Below are positions 38,233 through 52,106 of a stretch of DNA of 64,000 bases, in pieces; the first letter of the stretch is position 1, and the number at the start of each line of letters is the position of its first letter. This DNA comes from Octopus sinensis (lineage: Eukaryota): the NCBI RefSeq assembly GCF_006345805.1, contig NC_043006.1, positions 85,374,001-85,438,000 of the forward strand, written 5' to 3'. Made by a program: the position numbers and the translations under genes. The notes under the pieces were generated by a model. It was not told the DNA's origin and searched no databases. It saw only the letters and a program-made list of their open reading frames with translations.

Positions 38233-41200
38233 GTTATGTGAGTCTGTTTTATACAGAGAGATTTTGTAGTTTATTGCATTTGATTGTGGCTGTATTTTCT
38301 TCGTGTTGGTGAGTGTTATGCGCGCACTAAAGTTTTTTTTTTATCTTCCTCTCTTTGTCTCCGAGTGATCATTGCTACATACTGGCTTTCATTGCTAACA
38401 TGAGAGTTTTGTTTTAAGTAAAATAATCTTTAACCTAAACACGACAGACTAACAAAAGTTTGAAGGCTATGTGGAAAATGTCAACTTTAAGAGTAAATCT
38501 AAAAGTATAGGTTCAAATAAAGAAAGTGATATGGACTTGTATTTGTAATTACAATGTAAGTCTATTTGAGTCAGTGCAAAAATGTAGCTGCATTAGAGGT
38601 GACCCCTGGAAAAAAATGAAGCATATCTTAACTGAGATAGAAAATTAATTGACTAGGGATATAAATCAAGAGAGCTGGTACAAAGATATATTTTGGAAGT
38701 TCAAACGTCAATATTTTTGTCTTGCCTTCATTGCATTTGTGGTTTTGTGTGGTGAAGATTTCATTCCACAGTTTTTATTTAACGAGAAAACCTTACCTGT
38801 AATACTCCAATTTCATTTTTGAAGTCTTACTGGAAAATTTCTTACTTTCAAATCAGACCATGCATTTTTCTCTTTATGAAGAAATTTAACCAAACTCGTA
38901 TACCAAGAAGCTTAAATATACTAAATATTCTATATTTTTGCAGTTGACTGTATACTATAAATATCTTTAAAAAGTACACTGGTACAAAAAGACATTCTTT
39001 GTTTTAAATGTATACGATTGAGGAAGAGAGCCATAAGGATTGGATTATATAGGTTGTGGTAAAACTGATTGAATTTTCAATGTGTGTGCCTGTGTTCGTG
39101 TGTGTGTGTGTATAAAATACATGTATGCACACATTACAAGATCATTTGTTAACATACCAATTGCAAAGTAGATAATCATAGCTGTCATAAGAAGGGAAGA
39201 AAAAAGTTTTCTGCTTGGCTTTGCATTTGGGGTTTTCTGACTTTTCATGTTAATAAATAATGGTTTGTAAGTTCTGTTGAGGTAAGCTCTTGGCAAATTA
39301 AATCTGGATTCCCTGTGTTTCTTTTTGCTCCCATTACTAATGGTCTTTTTAAAAAATATGCATGAAATTCACATTTCCTGTTTCCCCTCCCTTGATGTCA
39401 GAGCTAGTCACACATTGATGAATACTGTTGAACTACCATGTATTTGATGTTGGATTTTATTTCATTTGCATATGAAATAGAATAATGGAACTAATGTGTG
39501 CCTAGAAACGAAAAGAAAACTGTTTAGTTTGGAGTTATATCCCCTGAAACACCATTCCACATTTAAAATGAAATAATTTTTATTTTTCAACCACACACAT
39601 TGATTTCTCTAACTGAAAATATTCCTTGAGTGAATACAAATGGCAGAGAGGTTAAGGGGAAAAAGAATCTTGTGAGGAAGGTTTGAAACTGACAGATTTA
39701 AAAAAATGTTGGAACAAATAAGAACAGTTACAACAAAGAATATGAAAACTGTGGTGTCACTGACTGTTTCTGCAAGTTTCAGGATTCTTAACTTAATGCA
39801 GATGAATATTATTACTATTACTATTATTATTACTTTGGACAGTTACATATTTCAATGTTGCAAGGTTTACAAATGAAAGGAACAACGAAAATACTACTAG
39901 CTGCAAAGGAAGCATTCAACTTCTATTCTTGATCCCAGCTCAACAAAACGTAATGGATGAACCAATATGTTAACCAGAAATGATTAAACAAAATTATAAA
40001 AGAAAAGCTACTTTGGATTTAGTATCACTATGTTGCAAGAAGATTCATGTATTTCACCAGCTTGGATCAGAACAACAAGACATGAACCTGCAATGTATCC
40101 GGTTTGCTCAAAACTGTTTCCGGTTACAAACTTTTAAATATATTTCACCAACAACATAGACTTCATCTTGGCATTTTTTGAGAGATTCAACTGTTATAAT
40201 TGGCTGCTATGGAAACCTCGAAGTACTAAAACACTTGAGGTTTTATTTCTTGCTAAAGCTTATTGCTGACCATACAAATCAATTTCTGTAGTGAAGTGAC
40301 TGTCATTTTTGGAACATTTGTATGGAATCCTTTATTTCACAGCAAAGGCAGGCACCAAAGTTTATTATGATCTCTTTACCAGTAAATAATAGGACCAGTC
40401 TCAGGAGACAGAAATAAACAAGACAGCTTGTAGAAAAGCCTTAGATGAAGCAGAGTTGTGTATATTAGAATTAATAAGAAGATGCTAAGGATATATGTGT
40501 ATATATATATTGCAGTGTGGATGTGAAGGCTCATACATGCATGACTTCCATGCAGTTTTTGTGTATGGTATAGCTTCTTAACCACACGGCCACAATGTAT
40601 ATGTGTATGTATCAAAATCCTCGTTTTAGCATTTTCTTTTTTCATGGACCGGACTGAATTTGTTGAAGCAAATGTTTTTCAATGCTTGGGTACACTTCTT
40701 GTTGCCACCTGTTTTCATGGATGATTGGAAATGCAGTATACTGCATTCATGACATGGGATAATGTCACAGCAAGGAGACAGTAACATACACACACATAAA
40801 TGGTCAGATGAAACTTATTGAGGCATTTTTTTCTGACTAGATGGTCTTCCCGTAGCAATCTCAACTGTTTCCAAGCAAGATACTACTTCTTGTCCTTTGA
40901 ACAACAAACAACTCGGTGATTGAACATATTTTCTTAATGTAAACAAATAAGACTCCTGGTATGAGCAGTTACTTGATTTTCAAACAGTTTGCAAATATCA
41001 AAGGCAAGTAGAAGACACAGCTCACTCTATTATGAAACTAGCTCTTTGTTGTTTCAACCTTTTTACTCATTTGGCTCATGGCTACAGTAAACATTTGCTC
41101 ATGATGCTAAGCAGTAGGATCGAACCAGGAACACTTTCGTTGCAGTGTGAACTTCTTAACTACACATCCATGCCTATACATAGAGTATACTATGAAAATA

Positions 41201-41559
41201 CAATATATATATATATGATATAGATAAACTCTTATTTGTAATTTATATCTGATATGTATGATATATTTTGCGTCTAGTTTACTCATATGGGATGCATTAG
41301 CTGTAAATTTTGAATTTGTCATTTAATAGAGTAGAATTGGTAGACCATTGGACAACATGGCTCATGTTTTGTAGTTATAACATTAAAATTGTCAGGTCTG
41401 TTCTTTTCATCCTTCAGGGGTCTATAAAATAACAGCTACACCCTAGAGGAAACGAGTGCTGTTGAATATGACCAGTTGGATGTCAAGTCTAGTAAAAGAA
41501 TTGTGCGAATATGTTTGCTCTTTTCTCTTGGACCAAAAGTTAGTCAAGCAAATGAACAA

Positions 41560-43050
41560 CACCATCCTCTTGGACTTGTTTTTTCATGTGCCCTAGATGT
41601 TTCAAATATAGCTGTGTTTCCCCATTCACTCTAAGAACACTGTCGACAACATCTCTGGACAAAGCCCATCCCTCTTTACCATCTGTGTGGCTTTTACCTG
41701 CCACTTTTCATAAAGCAAATGACAACTTTGTGCAAGCACTCCTGCTTCCCAAATTGCAACAAGTCCTTTTAGTCCCTTGGCAAAAGAATTTCCACCGCCC
41801 TTTAACTCTTGACAGCTCAGTAACTAGTACTCTCTCGGAAGAAACATGTTTGCTGCTCAATTTGCACACACTTAGCAAAACCTACTTCATTTCCCCAGTT
41901 TCTCCACTATTACACACATTATGATAATGTTTTCTATTACCCTCAAACAGTGCACTCCTTATCCTTGCCAAACTCTTCAATCTTTCCATGCACATAGGAA
42001 AAATGGAAGATGGGCAGGACTGAACAGTTGCTGTGCAAATCTTTCTACAAGTCCTTTCTCCTTGGTAATCTTAACTACAGCTTCCATATGGCTAGGACTT
42101 TTGGGGACCTGCTCATCATTGGTCCCCCGTCTTTCAGAAATTTGCTGGAAGTGATTTGATTGAGCATGACATTGGTAAAGTTTTTAACAGCCTCTGGTGA
42201 AAAAACCCAGTTAAAGTGCACACGTGTGTGTTTCATCTCTTGGGTAAGAAACATCCTGCCAAATGGCTGCATGTGTAAATGTGGCTCTCTTTCTGAATAT
42301 GAATAAACCGGTAACATGACTCTGTGCAGTGCAGGTGATATCACTCCTCATTCTTTCACCTTCCACACTCGCCCATCATACACATGTAAACATAAGACAC
42401 CTCGGAACTAATCTCCAATGGGGATGTGCTAGTATTTATGCTTCACACACATTCAGGAAACTTGTACTTCACAGATATTACACAAAACCTTCACATTCAT
42501 AACAGTAAATACTGCATCCTAAAAACTTTCTTTCCTCTTCAGCCTCACAACAACTGCTGACTCACATGAAATCCACAATGGAATACTACTCCCACATCTG
42601 GGATGATGTGGTGCTACACACAAAATACATTCTTGTTTGCATACATTAGACTGGTTAGGGTTTGTCAATTTGTGACCAACAAGCACATTGCTGCATTGGC
42701 ATCTACTCTTCAGAATAAGCTGGTACATGCCTCCTTGTTAGTCATTCTCTGTCTTCGTGCACTGGTAATGATATCCATCCCTTTTGGAAACTTTTCACCA
42801 CATAGTTCTTGTGGTCAGGGATTTTTAGATGTTTGTATTGACCATCAAACCATGTCAGTCCGTCCTGCCTAAACCTACAAATGTCCTAGACTTGGCTCCT
42901 TCATCCTGACTGAAGCCGTAGAAGACCATTTCAGATTTTGAATTCAGTTTCATTGTGAGCTTTTTGTATGAACAGTGTACTGAAATCTACATGCTCTAGT
43001 TAATCTAACCCTCAGGAACAGGCTTCATCTTTTTGCGCCTTAAAACCACA
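41560..43050 (-). mobile_element. Heavily decayed L1/Tx1-like LINE ORF2 3' half (tentative)
   Basis: GC-richer block with several broken minus-strand ORFs and Cys/His-containing segments loosely resembling the post-RT region of L1/Tx1 elements; no clean motif seen. Confidence 0.35.
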
Positions 43051-43279
43051 GCTACTCAGGACACTTCCAGGTTTGGCTGCCTAAAAATAGAGCTAGCATA
43101 GCAGCAGTTTGTAATTACTTTATGTATTTCAACTCTATTCATTTCATCCTTCTCAGATTCAACGTATAATTAGTTTGAGCTGTTGAGTGATCAGCTACTT
43201 GGAAGTTTGATCACCCAAATTTTGGTTCCAACTTAGTACAGTTCACTTAGAAAAAAAATAAATAAAATGCATTTCTCTT

Positions 43280-43840
43280 TCCTGAAGAGGGAGCATCTGG
43301 TGGTGGGATGCTGCTATGGAAAGTTACAAACATGAGTTACAGGGTGGAACAAAAGCAAGAAACATGGTGTAAATACAGTTTTCTTGGAGATTAGAACCAA
43401 ATTTAATGACCATGAACCACTATTGCTAGATAACTTGAGTTTGTGATATGTTGACCCAGTCCTGTCATCTTGTGTATAAGCTTAAATGTATCCTGAAAAT
43501 GAGCCTCGCTACTTCCAATGATGATTCTGTTTCTGCCATGAGCACTAATGTCAGCACACGGCACGTTTTCACCATTTAAGTATCATTGTCTACTTTCATC
43601 TGTAGCATTTCAGCTACCTCTTCCATTGGATTCCTGCTCAGTCTAACTGCATTACCTTGGTTCATCTATGAATTTCACTCAAGATTGACTGACATTCTAT
43701 TCAAGGAAGCTCTATCTTCAATCTGCATAGCACAAACCTGGAACTACACACAAAGCCATCAATAGCTTCATTATTATGCTTAGTGAGTGCATAGTATTAC
43801 TCATCCCCTACCAATCTTTCACATGAGGCTTCCAATGCTT
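43280..43840 (-). mobile_element. Decayed RTE-like reverse transcriptase fragment
   Basis: Minus strand GCTGACATTAGTGCTCATGGCAGAAACAGAATCATCATTGGAAG corresponds to AD-LVLMAETESSLE (YADDLVL.AE motif with a frameshift). Confidence 0.5.
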
Positions 43841-43880
43841 TAGTAGAGACACTTGTTTTCAACACGGGTATCAAAATCCT

Positions 43881-44210
43881 GCACTAAGAGTGACTGTGGT
43901 AAGAAGCTTGCTTCCCAACCACATGGTTCTGGTTTCAGTCCCACCGTGTGGCTCCTTGGACAAGTGTCTTCTACTATGGCCTTGGGCCAACCATAGCCTT
44001 GTGAGTGGATTTGATAGGCGGAAACTGAAAGAAGCCTGTCGTGTATATATATTTGTGTGTTTACGTCCCCCATAACTTAGCAGTTCAGCAAAAAGAGATC
44101 AAAGACTAAGTACGAGACATACGAAGAATAAATCCTGGGGTTGATTTGTTCAACTAATGGCAGTGCTCCAGCATGGCTGCAGTAAAAATGACTGAAACAA
44201 GTAAAAGAAT
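43881..44210 (+). mobile_element. SINE family A, full-length
   Basis: tRNA-like head (GTGGTAAGAAGCTTGCTTCCCAACCACATGGTTCTGGTTTCAGTCCCAC), CORE-like CCTTGGACAAGTGTCTT block, tail CCAGCATGGCTGCAG..ATGACTGAAACAAGTAAAAG. Confidence 0.9.
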
Positions 44211-47200
44211 ATGTAAGTAGCTGTTGCATCTAATGAAAGATTGTCTTAAGTTGTGCTATATATAATGTTTTAATGGCCATTTTTCCATGCTTGCATGAGT
44301 CAGACAATTTGTTGAAGCAGATTTTCCACAGCTGGATGCTCTTCCTGTCACCAGCCTTCATTTATTTCCAAGTAAAGCAATATTTCCTCATTGTTGGACA
44401 TGTTTTCACAGAGTGTTTGTGTGTTCTTCTATGTGTTTCAGCCTAAAAGCTGTGGCCATATTGAAACTGCATTATGAAATGTGAAGTGCAAATATTCAAT
44501 CTTTCCTGAATTAAAAACATTTCCAGTTCCATGCTATATTACATTTGTAAGTCATTATATCATAGAGTGTAACCAAATTCTTTTAATGGTTTCTGTTATT
44601 GGATTGCAACCATGCTGGAGCAGTTTCTTCAAAGGCTTTAGTCATATATAATGACAAAACTCAATATTGAGTGAAATATGTCTTTCGGGGACCAGTATCT
44701 GTTCCATCTCATGTTTTGAGTCCTGCAATTCAACTCCCTTGTTGATTATACTGGTGGTTTGTTCCTTGACTAAGATTGCTGCAGCTGAGCAGGCAAACCA
44801 AGTTTTAATTCATGAACCAGGAGGCTTGCACTCCTGGTTCATGAATTAAATTAGAAATGCTTCTAAATGACTTGAGAAAACTTAGCGCTTCAGATCTAGG
44901 TAGAAATGAACATTCTATTTAACACTTCTGTGATTCTAAAACTAAGGTGCCAAATGTATCAGGATCTAGAAGTGGTCTCAGGTGGGTTGTTATCAGAAGA
45001 GTTAAATATAGATGATTGTAAGATCTATTCCTCTCCCCTCTTGCCATTGAATGCGCTAAGCTATGATGATTAATTTATGTTTGTGCTAATTTATTTCCCT
45101 GTTTTAAACAGCTGTGTAAGATTATTTAGACATGAAGTAGGGATCATACCATTCAAATTGGATTCACAAATATATTTTTTTCTTTACAACTTACACAATT
45201 ACTGCACAGTTGTACATATGTGGGTGGCAGCATTAGCAGTCATTAGAGTGTTGTGCAGGATGCCGTGCTGCATTCATTCCATCACAGCTCACCAAGTTCA
45301 AATTCCCCTGGGGCCAACTTTGTCTTTCGTCTTACTGGAATCAGTTCTCAGTCTCTGGAAGAAATCAACTGTGTCCAAACCTGGAGAGAGATGAGTTCCA
45401 CCGTGTTTGAAATGCCAGAAACATACCATATGTTAATGGCATGCTGAAAACTCCATTAGGAGTTGAGGATGCCCAGAAAGTTGTATAAGAAGTCTGATGT
45501 CATCAAGATCTCAATGATTTTATTCTCTTTGGAGCCTGTTTAAATTTAAATATTGACATGCTTTGTGTTATTCACTACCTGGAGACTGAATTTTTAGACT
45601 GTCTAATCTTCATCACCATACATGGAAGCTTCTATGTAGTTGCTTTACTTGCTAGAAATAGCAGCTAACACTCCTTCATCACACTTTACTACTTTAAATA
45701 AAGAAAACACATCAAGAAAAGAAGTTATAATAAATCCTTAAAAAGACTGGCTAGCCACATCCAGGATCCCTTTGATCATAAGTTTTCTCAAACAGGGTTG
45801 ACCTGCATCTAAACAACAATCAACTGAGGAGCCCTTTATGTGTGCTTGGTCTACAACTAATAGCAACCAAATTTCCCTCAAATCACACCTTGCCATCTTA
45901 GAAGATCTTGTTATACAATGTAACCCTAGAATCGTCTATCAGAAAAGAATTCAATGAAGACTGACTTTGTACTAAGCAATGAGAAAATGATGTATGAACT
46001 AACATTCCTGACAATCAATTAGTGAACTCTTCAAAAGTATCTTATTAATTAGTGTCTTTTGTGACAGAAAATGTAATTTAAGTCTAAGATATTTAAAGCC
46101 CTAGCTCACTACCAGAAGAACACCATACTATTATTGTAAGCATTGTATATGTATCCTCTTTGTGCTTTGAACTACTCATTCTGACTAAGCTCCTTGTCCT
46201 TCTAGCATAAAGTTTTCCCATTCTACTCGAGGGTCGTACCCTTTCATGGTAACTTCACTAGTGCTAAAAAGAGCACCCTGTACTCATTGTAAAGTAGTCG
46301 ACATTAGGAACGGAATACAGTGAGATACTATGCCAAACAAACACTGGAATATGGTACAGTCCTCAGGCCCTTCAGATTCTGTCAAACCATTAATCCCATG
46401 CCAGCATGGAATACAGATGTGGAGTGATGATGTCAGGGAATTCCACAAGACTACACGACCTTACTAACTTTGGATGTGAGATTAGGTCCCTCATTTAGCT
46501 TCCATGACAGTATTCTTTGTGTTTGTAGACAGAACTATAGATTTACTATGAATTCTATCATTTAACCATTTAATCAACTGTTATTAAATCTCATATTTGC
46601 TACATGGGATTAGTGTTATGTTTCAAAATCCTTTTGCGCAAACAGTTTATAGGCATACAGCAACTCTCATGTATCAGTACCTGCGTTTTTGTGGAAGATC
46701 CTCTATAACTAACGACTGTATGCCCATCACTCCTCATGTAATATCGTTTGCATTTACAGAGAACCTAATGAAGCACTTTAATATCAACAAAAGTTTACCA
46801 AGTACATATAAAATTAGTAGCAAATAAAAGCAAGCTACACTTTATGACAATCTGAGTTTTATTATTTTATCTTTAAACCAAAACTCATTCTACATATTTT
46901 GTTTCTGTAGTTACAGTGCAAAAGAGTATAACCTTTCTCAAGCTTTTTTAAGTGAACAACACAGCAAGATTCTATGATGAGTTTTGTAATATCTCTGGCC
47001 TTATTGTAGGAATAACTCTAGAAGATATAAATGAACAAATGCTTAGGCAGTCAGTGACAAATTGAGCAGTTCATGCAAGAAATTAAATTTTCACCAGCTA
47101 GTTTCCAGTAACACAGGATGGTGCAATAGCAATGAAGTGATGCATTTAATTAATTTACAGTCTGGCGTGGAAAGTTGCTTAAAACTGACTGGTAGTTTAT

Positions 47201-48061
47201 GTCGACTAAATGGCAAAGAAATCAATGCTAAACACCATCCTTATTGAGTATGAAAGGATAAGTAACCATAGAGTCATTGTAACTTTTACATTTACCTGTT
47301 ATCTTAGCCAAATAAAATCTTATATGAAATAATAAACCACAGAAATCTGAATAACATTATACAGGTTGATTGTTCTGCTGACTGACTTAGCTTCAGTCTC
47401 ATTAGCTGCAGTACTTGAAGTCTATCTGGGTTGATAAAATATCTAGACTTAAACTGATTGACTGCAAAGACTGAATCATTGATATTAAGCAGGTTTGAAC
47501 TAATTTGGTTAACAGAACAGTCAACTTGTATAATGTTACTTAGTTTCTGGATTTTATTTTATACAAGAATTTATTTCACTTAAATATTAGATGTACAAAA
47601 AAAGTGCTAAAAGTTTTATGATGCTTGCCTTTCATTTGCAACTAGGTTGGTGCTGAATGCCGAATTCTGTAGCTTGCTGTAGATAAAATATCAATCAACT
47701 TTTCCCATAGAATGTAAGCTTAATTCTATAAATTAACCTTACAACATTCAGATTACTCACAAATGTAATGCTTGTTTATTCACATTATTTTGATGTGATT
47801 TTTAGACTGAATAAAGGTAGGTGTGAGAGGCCTGATATGGTCAATTGAAGTGTTGAAGGGCTAAGTTAATTTTCAATATTGCTGCACAAAGTGGTGACTT
47901 CTGCACTGTTCTAGAATATAAGGAGCTATCAAAGTGTCTTGTATGACCTGCCAATTAATCATTGATTATTTGTTTTTGGTTCTGTGCTTTAGAGCTAGAT
48001 AAGTAGTTATATTGCTAGTGTAATTGACAAAGTCAGAGAAATTTTCTTAGTGAATGAGATT

Positions 48062-48441
48062 CTCTTACATGTTTCAGTCATTTGATTGTGGCCATGCTGG
48101 AGCACTGCCTTAAAGGGTTTTGAAGAAATTGACCCCAGGACTTATTCTTTGTAAGCCTAGTATTTATTCTATCGGTCTCTTTTGCCGAACTGTTAAGTTA
48201 TGGGAACATAAACATACCAACATTGGTTGTCAAGCAGTGGTGAGGACAAACAGACACTGAGACAAATATATATATATATAATGGGCTTCTTTCAGTTTCC
48301 ATCCACCAAATCCACTCACAAGGCTTTGGTCAGCCCAAAGCTATAGTAGAGGACACTTGCCCAAGGTGTCACAGTGGGACTGAACCTGGATCCATGAGGT
48401 TGGGAAGCAAGCTTCTTACCACACAGCTCTGCTTGCACCTA
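48062..48441 (-). mobile_element. SINE family A, full-length
   Basis: Reverse complement of the 43881-44210 / 61599-61945 family. Confidence 0.9.
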
Positions 48442-49169
48442 TAGTTTTCTAAATTTAAAATTTTCTTGTCTAAAATCAGTGGCTTATTTTGATTTTTGAG
48501 TATTGTTTGCATCCATTGCTTTTGGTCAATGTCCACTCTGCTATTGTTATTCAACCCCAGGTTTGCAATTAACATGGACATTCCCTCTTTTATTTCAAAC
48601 TGTGTATTGAAGACTTTATTCTCCAATATGTTCTACATTTGTTGTTGAAACAGTTTGGCATAATTTGAAGATTTGGTTCCTATTTCTTGTAGACTGCAAT
48701 AATGTAGACTCATTAAATAGTTGTTTAGTTTCAGATTAACCTTGATCAAGTGGAGGTGGTATCTGAGACTGCTTTATCTAATGCATCCTTTTTAAAAAGA
48801 CTACATCTTAATTTAAGGAAGATTTGGCTGTTATTTCTTGCATGTTGAGCTACTGCATAGAGGTATTTTCCTTTTGAAAAGGTCTGGTTATTGACTGGAT
48901 TTTATCTCCAAGCTCATGTAGGATAGGAAAATAGGTTCCACTATCATTTCACTGAAAGCTTGAAGCTATAAAATTCTGCACATTATTTGAATTTAATTAC
49001 AAATTAACCGTTTTTGGTAGTGTGGGTTATGGTCTAGTCACCCATATTGTAAATTAGGTGACTGGTGTAGCAGTACCATAGTCAACTAATACAAAGGTAT
49101 CAAATTGCTGGATAAGGTAACAAAAATTATGGAGAGAATCATAGCCCAACCAAAGTTATAAACTTTGTG

Positions 49170-51010
49170 ATGTTTATAACCTAGACTATGGTCCTCTTGC
49201 AGTGTGAGAGGCACAAGGCAAGAAGCTACCACCAGTGTGGTCAATTTGTTGTTTTCTCAGGTCCTTCAATGCCCAGCACCAAGTGTTCTGGGGCTACCCC
49301 TTTTTTTCATGGTATTCAGCATAGCATAAAGGAGCTCCCAAGAGCAGCCTGTCTTGAATTCCTCTGTTATTGCCTGGTGGACTATGATGAACAAACAAGA
49401 GGGGGTTGAGCACCAATAAGTCAAAAAAAGCCAAGTACAGAGGTTTATATCTTTGGTCATGTATTTCTCCTGCAGTTGCCTTACCAGAAATATAGCATCA
49501 GTGGTGCTTCTCTCTGGCACAAAACCAAACTGCATCTCATCTAGACTAATTCTCTCCCTAATTGTTTGGGCTATGATTATCTCCATAATTTTTGTTACCT
49601 TATCCAGCAATTTGATACCTTTGTATTAGTTGACTATGGCACTGCTACACCAGTCACCTAATTTACAATATGGGTGACTAGACCATAACCCACACTACCA
49701 GATATTTCAAGCATCTCAGCAGTGATTCCTCATAGGCCGGAGGCTTTCTCTGTCTACATATCCTTAATTGCTTTATCCACCAGGGTACTGTCAATTTGGG
49801 TAGCTGGTCCCTCAATTGGAGCAGCATTTGGCAGACTCTCCTCCTGCAATTCATTCTCCACATACAGTAGTCTTTCATAATAGCATCTCCAATCCTCTTT
49901 GCAGACTCATTAAAAGTGCACTATCAACCATACAGACACATTTCTCTCACAGACTGTTTTGCAATCCAAAATACTTCAGTTCTTTGGTCTTCACAACACT
50001 GAACATAGGCAAACTTCTTTTCTGCTTCTCCCTTGGCTAGATATACCTGTCTCCTAGCTTCCCATCTAGCTATCAGATACAGTTCCCTTCTGCCCTCACT
50101 CTTCCAGGCCTGTTTCTTTGCTCTAATGGCCCTGTCTACAGTATTGTTCCACCACCACATCACCCTAGGTCTGGAAGAGACTTTGCACCAGCCACAGATT
50201 TGGTCTGTGGTACTCAGCAAGCTGTCTCACAGGAATTTCCAGTTGCCCTCTATGTCACAAGTTTGTAGCCCTCGCTCTCATCAAATTTCTCAATTAGGAT
50301 GTCCCTAAATCTCTGACCATATGAAGGGTCCTTAAGCTTCCAAATCCTTTTCCAGATTGGTCTGCTTCTTGGCATCCTTCTGGCCTGGAGTCTAAAGTCT
50401 ATGCTGGGGGGTACATTTTTCACCAGGGAAGGTCTTTGTATTTAAAAGCAACTATGCAGGCTACTGTCTAGTGAGAATGAAATCGATCTGGCTGGCTTCC
50501 TGGAGTTGGTGTTGCAGATCAAATGGTTATTTGCACAGAACTCCAGTAGCTTTGTTCCCTCTTTGTTTTGGGAACCAATTCTGTGGCCCCTATGTACACT
50601 GGAAGATACCGAGCTGCCGTCCAACATGCCCATTGAAATCCCCAGCCAGGAAGATGAGATCATTGTCATTTGTCTGAGGTAGCCTGCAGAAGAATATCAT
50701 ATAAGTGGTCCTTTTGTTCATTTGGTAGGCCCACTTGTTGGGGCATAGGCAAATATAATTCTAGCTATACTATTCTGCAACACTAGCCTGAGCTTAAGTA
50801 CTCTATTGCACACTCTGACTACCTCTATGACCTTATCCACCCATTTTTCTGCAAGAAGTGTGCCCACACCACCTACTCCATCACTGTTATTTTCCCAGAA
50901 GATTTTATACCTATGTGTCTTGCTTGTGAAGAACCTGGCTGAAGCTCCTCTCCACTTTACCTCTGGGATGCAACATACATCAACATGCCCACTCAGTTGC
51001 TTTGTGCATT
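49170..51010 (-). pseudogene. RTE (BovB-like) LINE ORF remnant: APE endonuclease plus RT N-terminal half, frameshifted and deleted
   Basis: Minus-strand motifs AGDFNGHVG (endonuclease, ~50620-50650), WWWNNTVDRAIRAKKQAWK, GIKLLDKVTKIME and RERISLDEMQFGFVPERSTTDAIFLVRQLQEKY. Confidence 0.92.
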
Positions 51011-51895
51011 GATTTACTCAAGAATCCTTTCATTAAACAACTTTTAACATTTAACTCCATTAATATTACTGATGTAGGTCTCTCTCTCATTACATAATCT
51101 GTGTTCTGCTTCAAAATTATTTCTTACTTACCAAGTGACAACTGGTACTAGATGTGCTGACTAAATATATGAATGGTCTCCATACTATTGCATAACTAAT
51201 TGTAGCATTCATCAACTGCTGCTGTTTACACTGCATTAGCGACATCTTTGTGAATTGACACCAAATTTCTCTATCTCTCTGAAGGTTCTTAATTGAGTTG
51301 TTTCATCAAACAAAGATTTAGAACTTCTAACATTTTTAGTGCTGTTAAGTATTTACATTCGATTATGTTTTTATGAAATACCATTATGTAGATATTTGAT
51401 CATAATATATTATGATTTATTTTTGTATAGGAAAGGCATTACAGTTAGCTAAGAAAGTAGAGAGCCACACTAACCATTTACTTCTCTAAGCTGTTCTATT
51501 TTTGAATTTAAGAGCAAAACTAAGAGCCAGTACTCCCAGCCTTTCAGAAATGATGTGGTTCCACATTTGTCTTCAGCATCTGTAATAAAGAGTTAGAGGG
51601 AAATGCAGGGTTTACAATTCTGTAGAAAGGATTGGGAAAAGTGTTTCATGCTGAGTCTGGGAGGAGAGCGGGCTGGAGTAGAGAGGGTATGTAGATGGCT
51701 AATTTGGTGGGGGGAGGATAGGGATTAATAACATGAGAGATTGAGGGTCTTAGTTGTGTATTATGCTTACACAAGACTTCCATAGTTCTGTTAGTCTCTC
51801 TCACATATACACAGTCAGATTTGATACAGGTTTCAGAAGTGAAATGTAGAATGGTGTATTTAAAAAAAATAACAAGTAGGTTGTTAAATCAATAT

Positions 51896-52106
51896 TCTTT
51901 TCTTTTCTACTCTGGGCACAAGGCCTGAAATTTTAGGGGCAGTCGATTAGATTGATCTCTGTATGCAACTGGTACTTAATTTATTGATCCCGAAAGATGA
52001 AAGGCAAAGTCGACCTTGGTGGAATTTGAACTCAGAACATAAAGACAGATGAAATGCCACTAAGCATTTCACCCAGCGTGCTAATGTTTCTGCCAGCTCA
52101 CCGCCT
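51896..52106 (-). mobile_element. SINE family B, full-length, with TSD
   Basis: Same sequence as 33904-34113; flanked by TTGTTAAATCA at 51881 and 52107. Confidence 0.92.
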
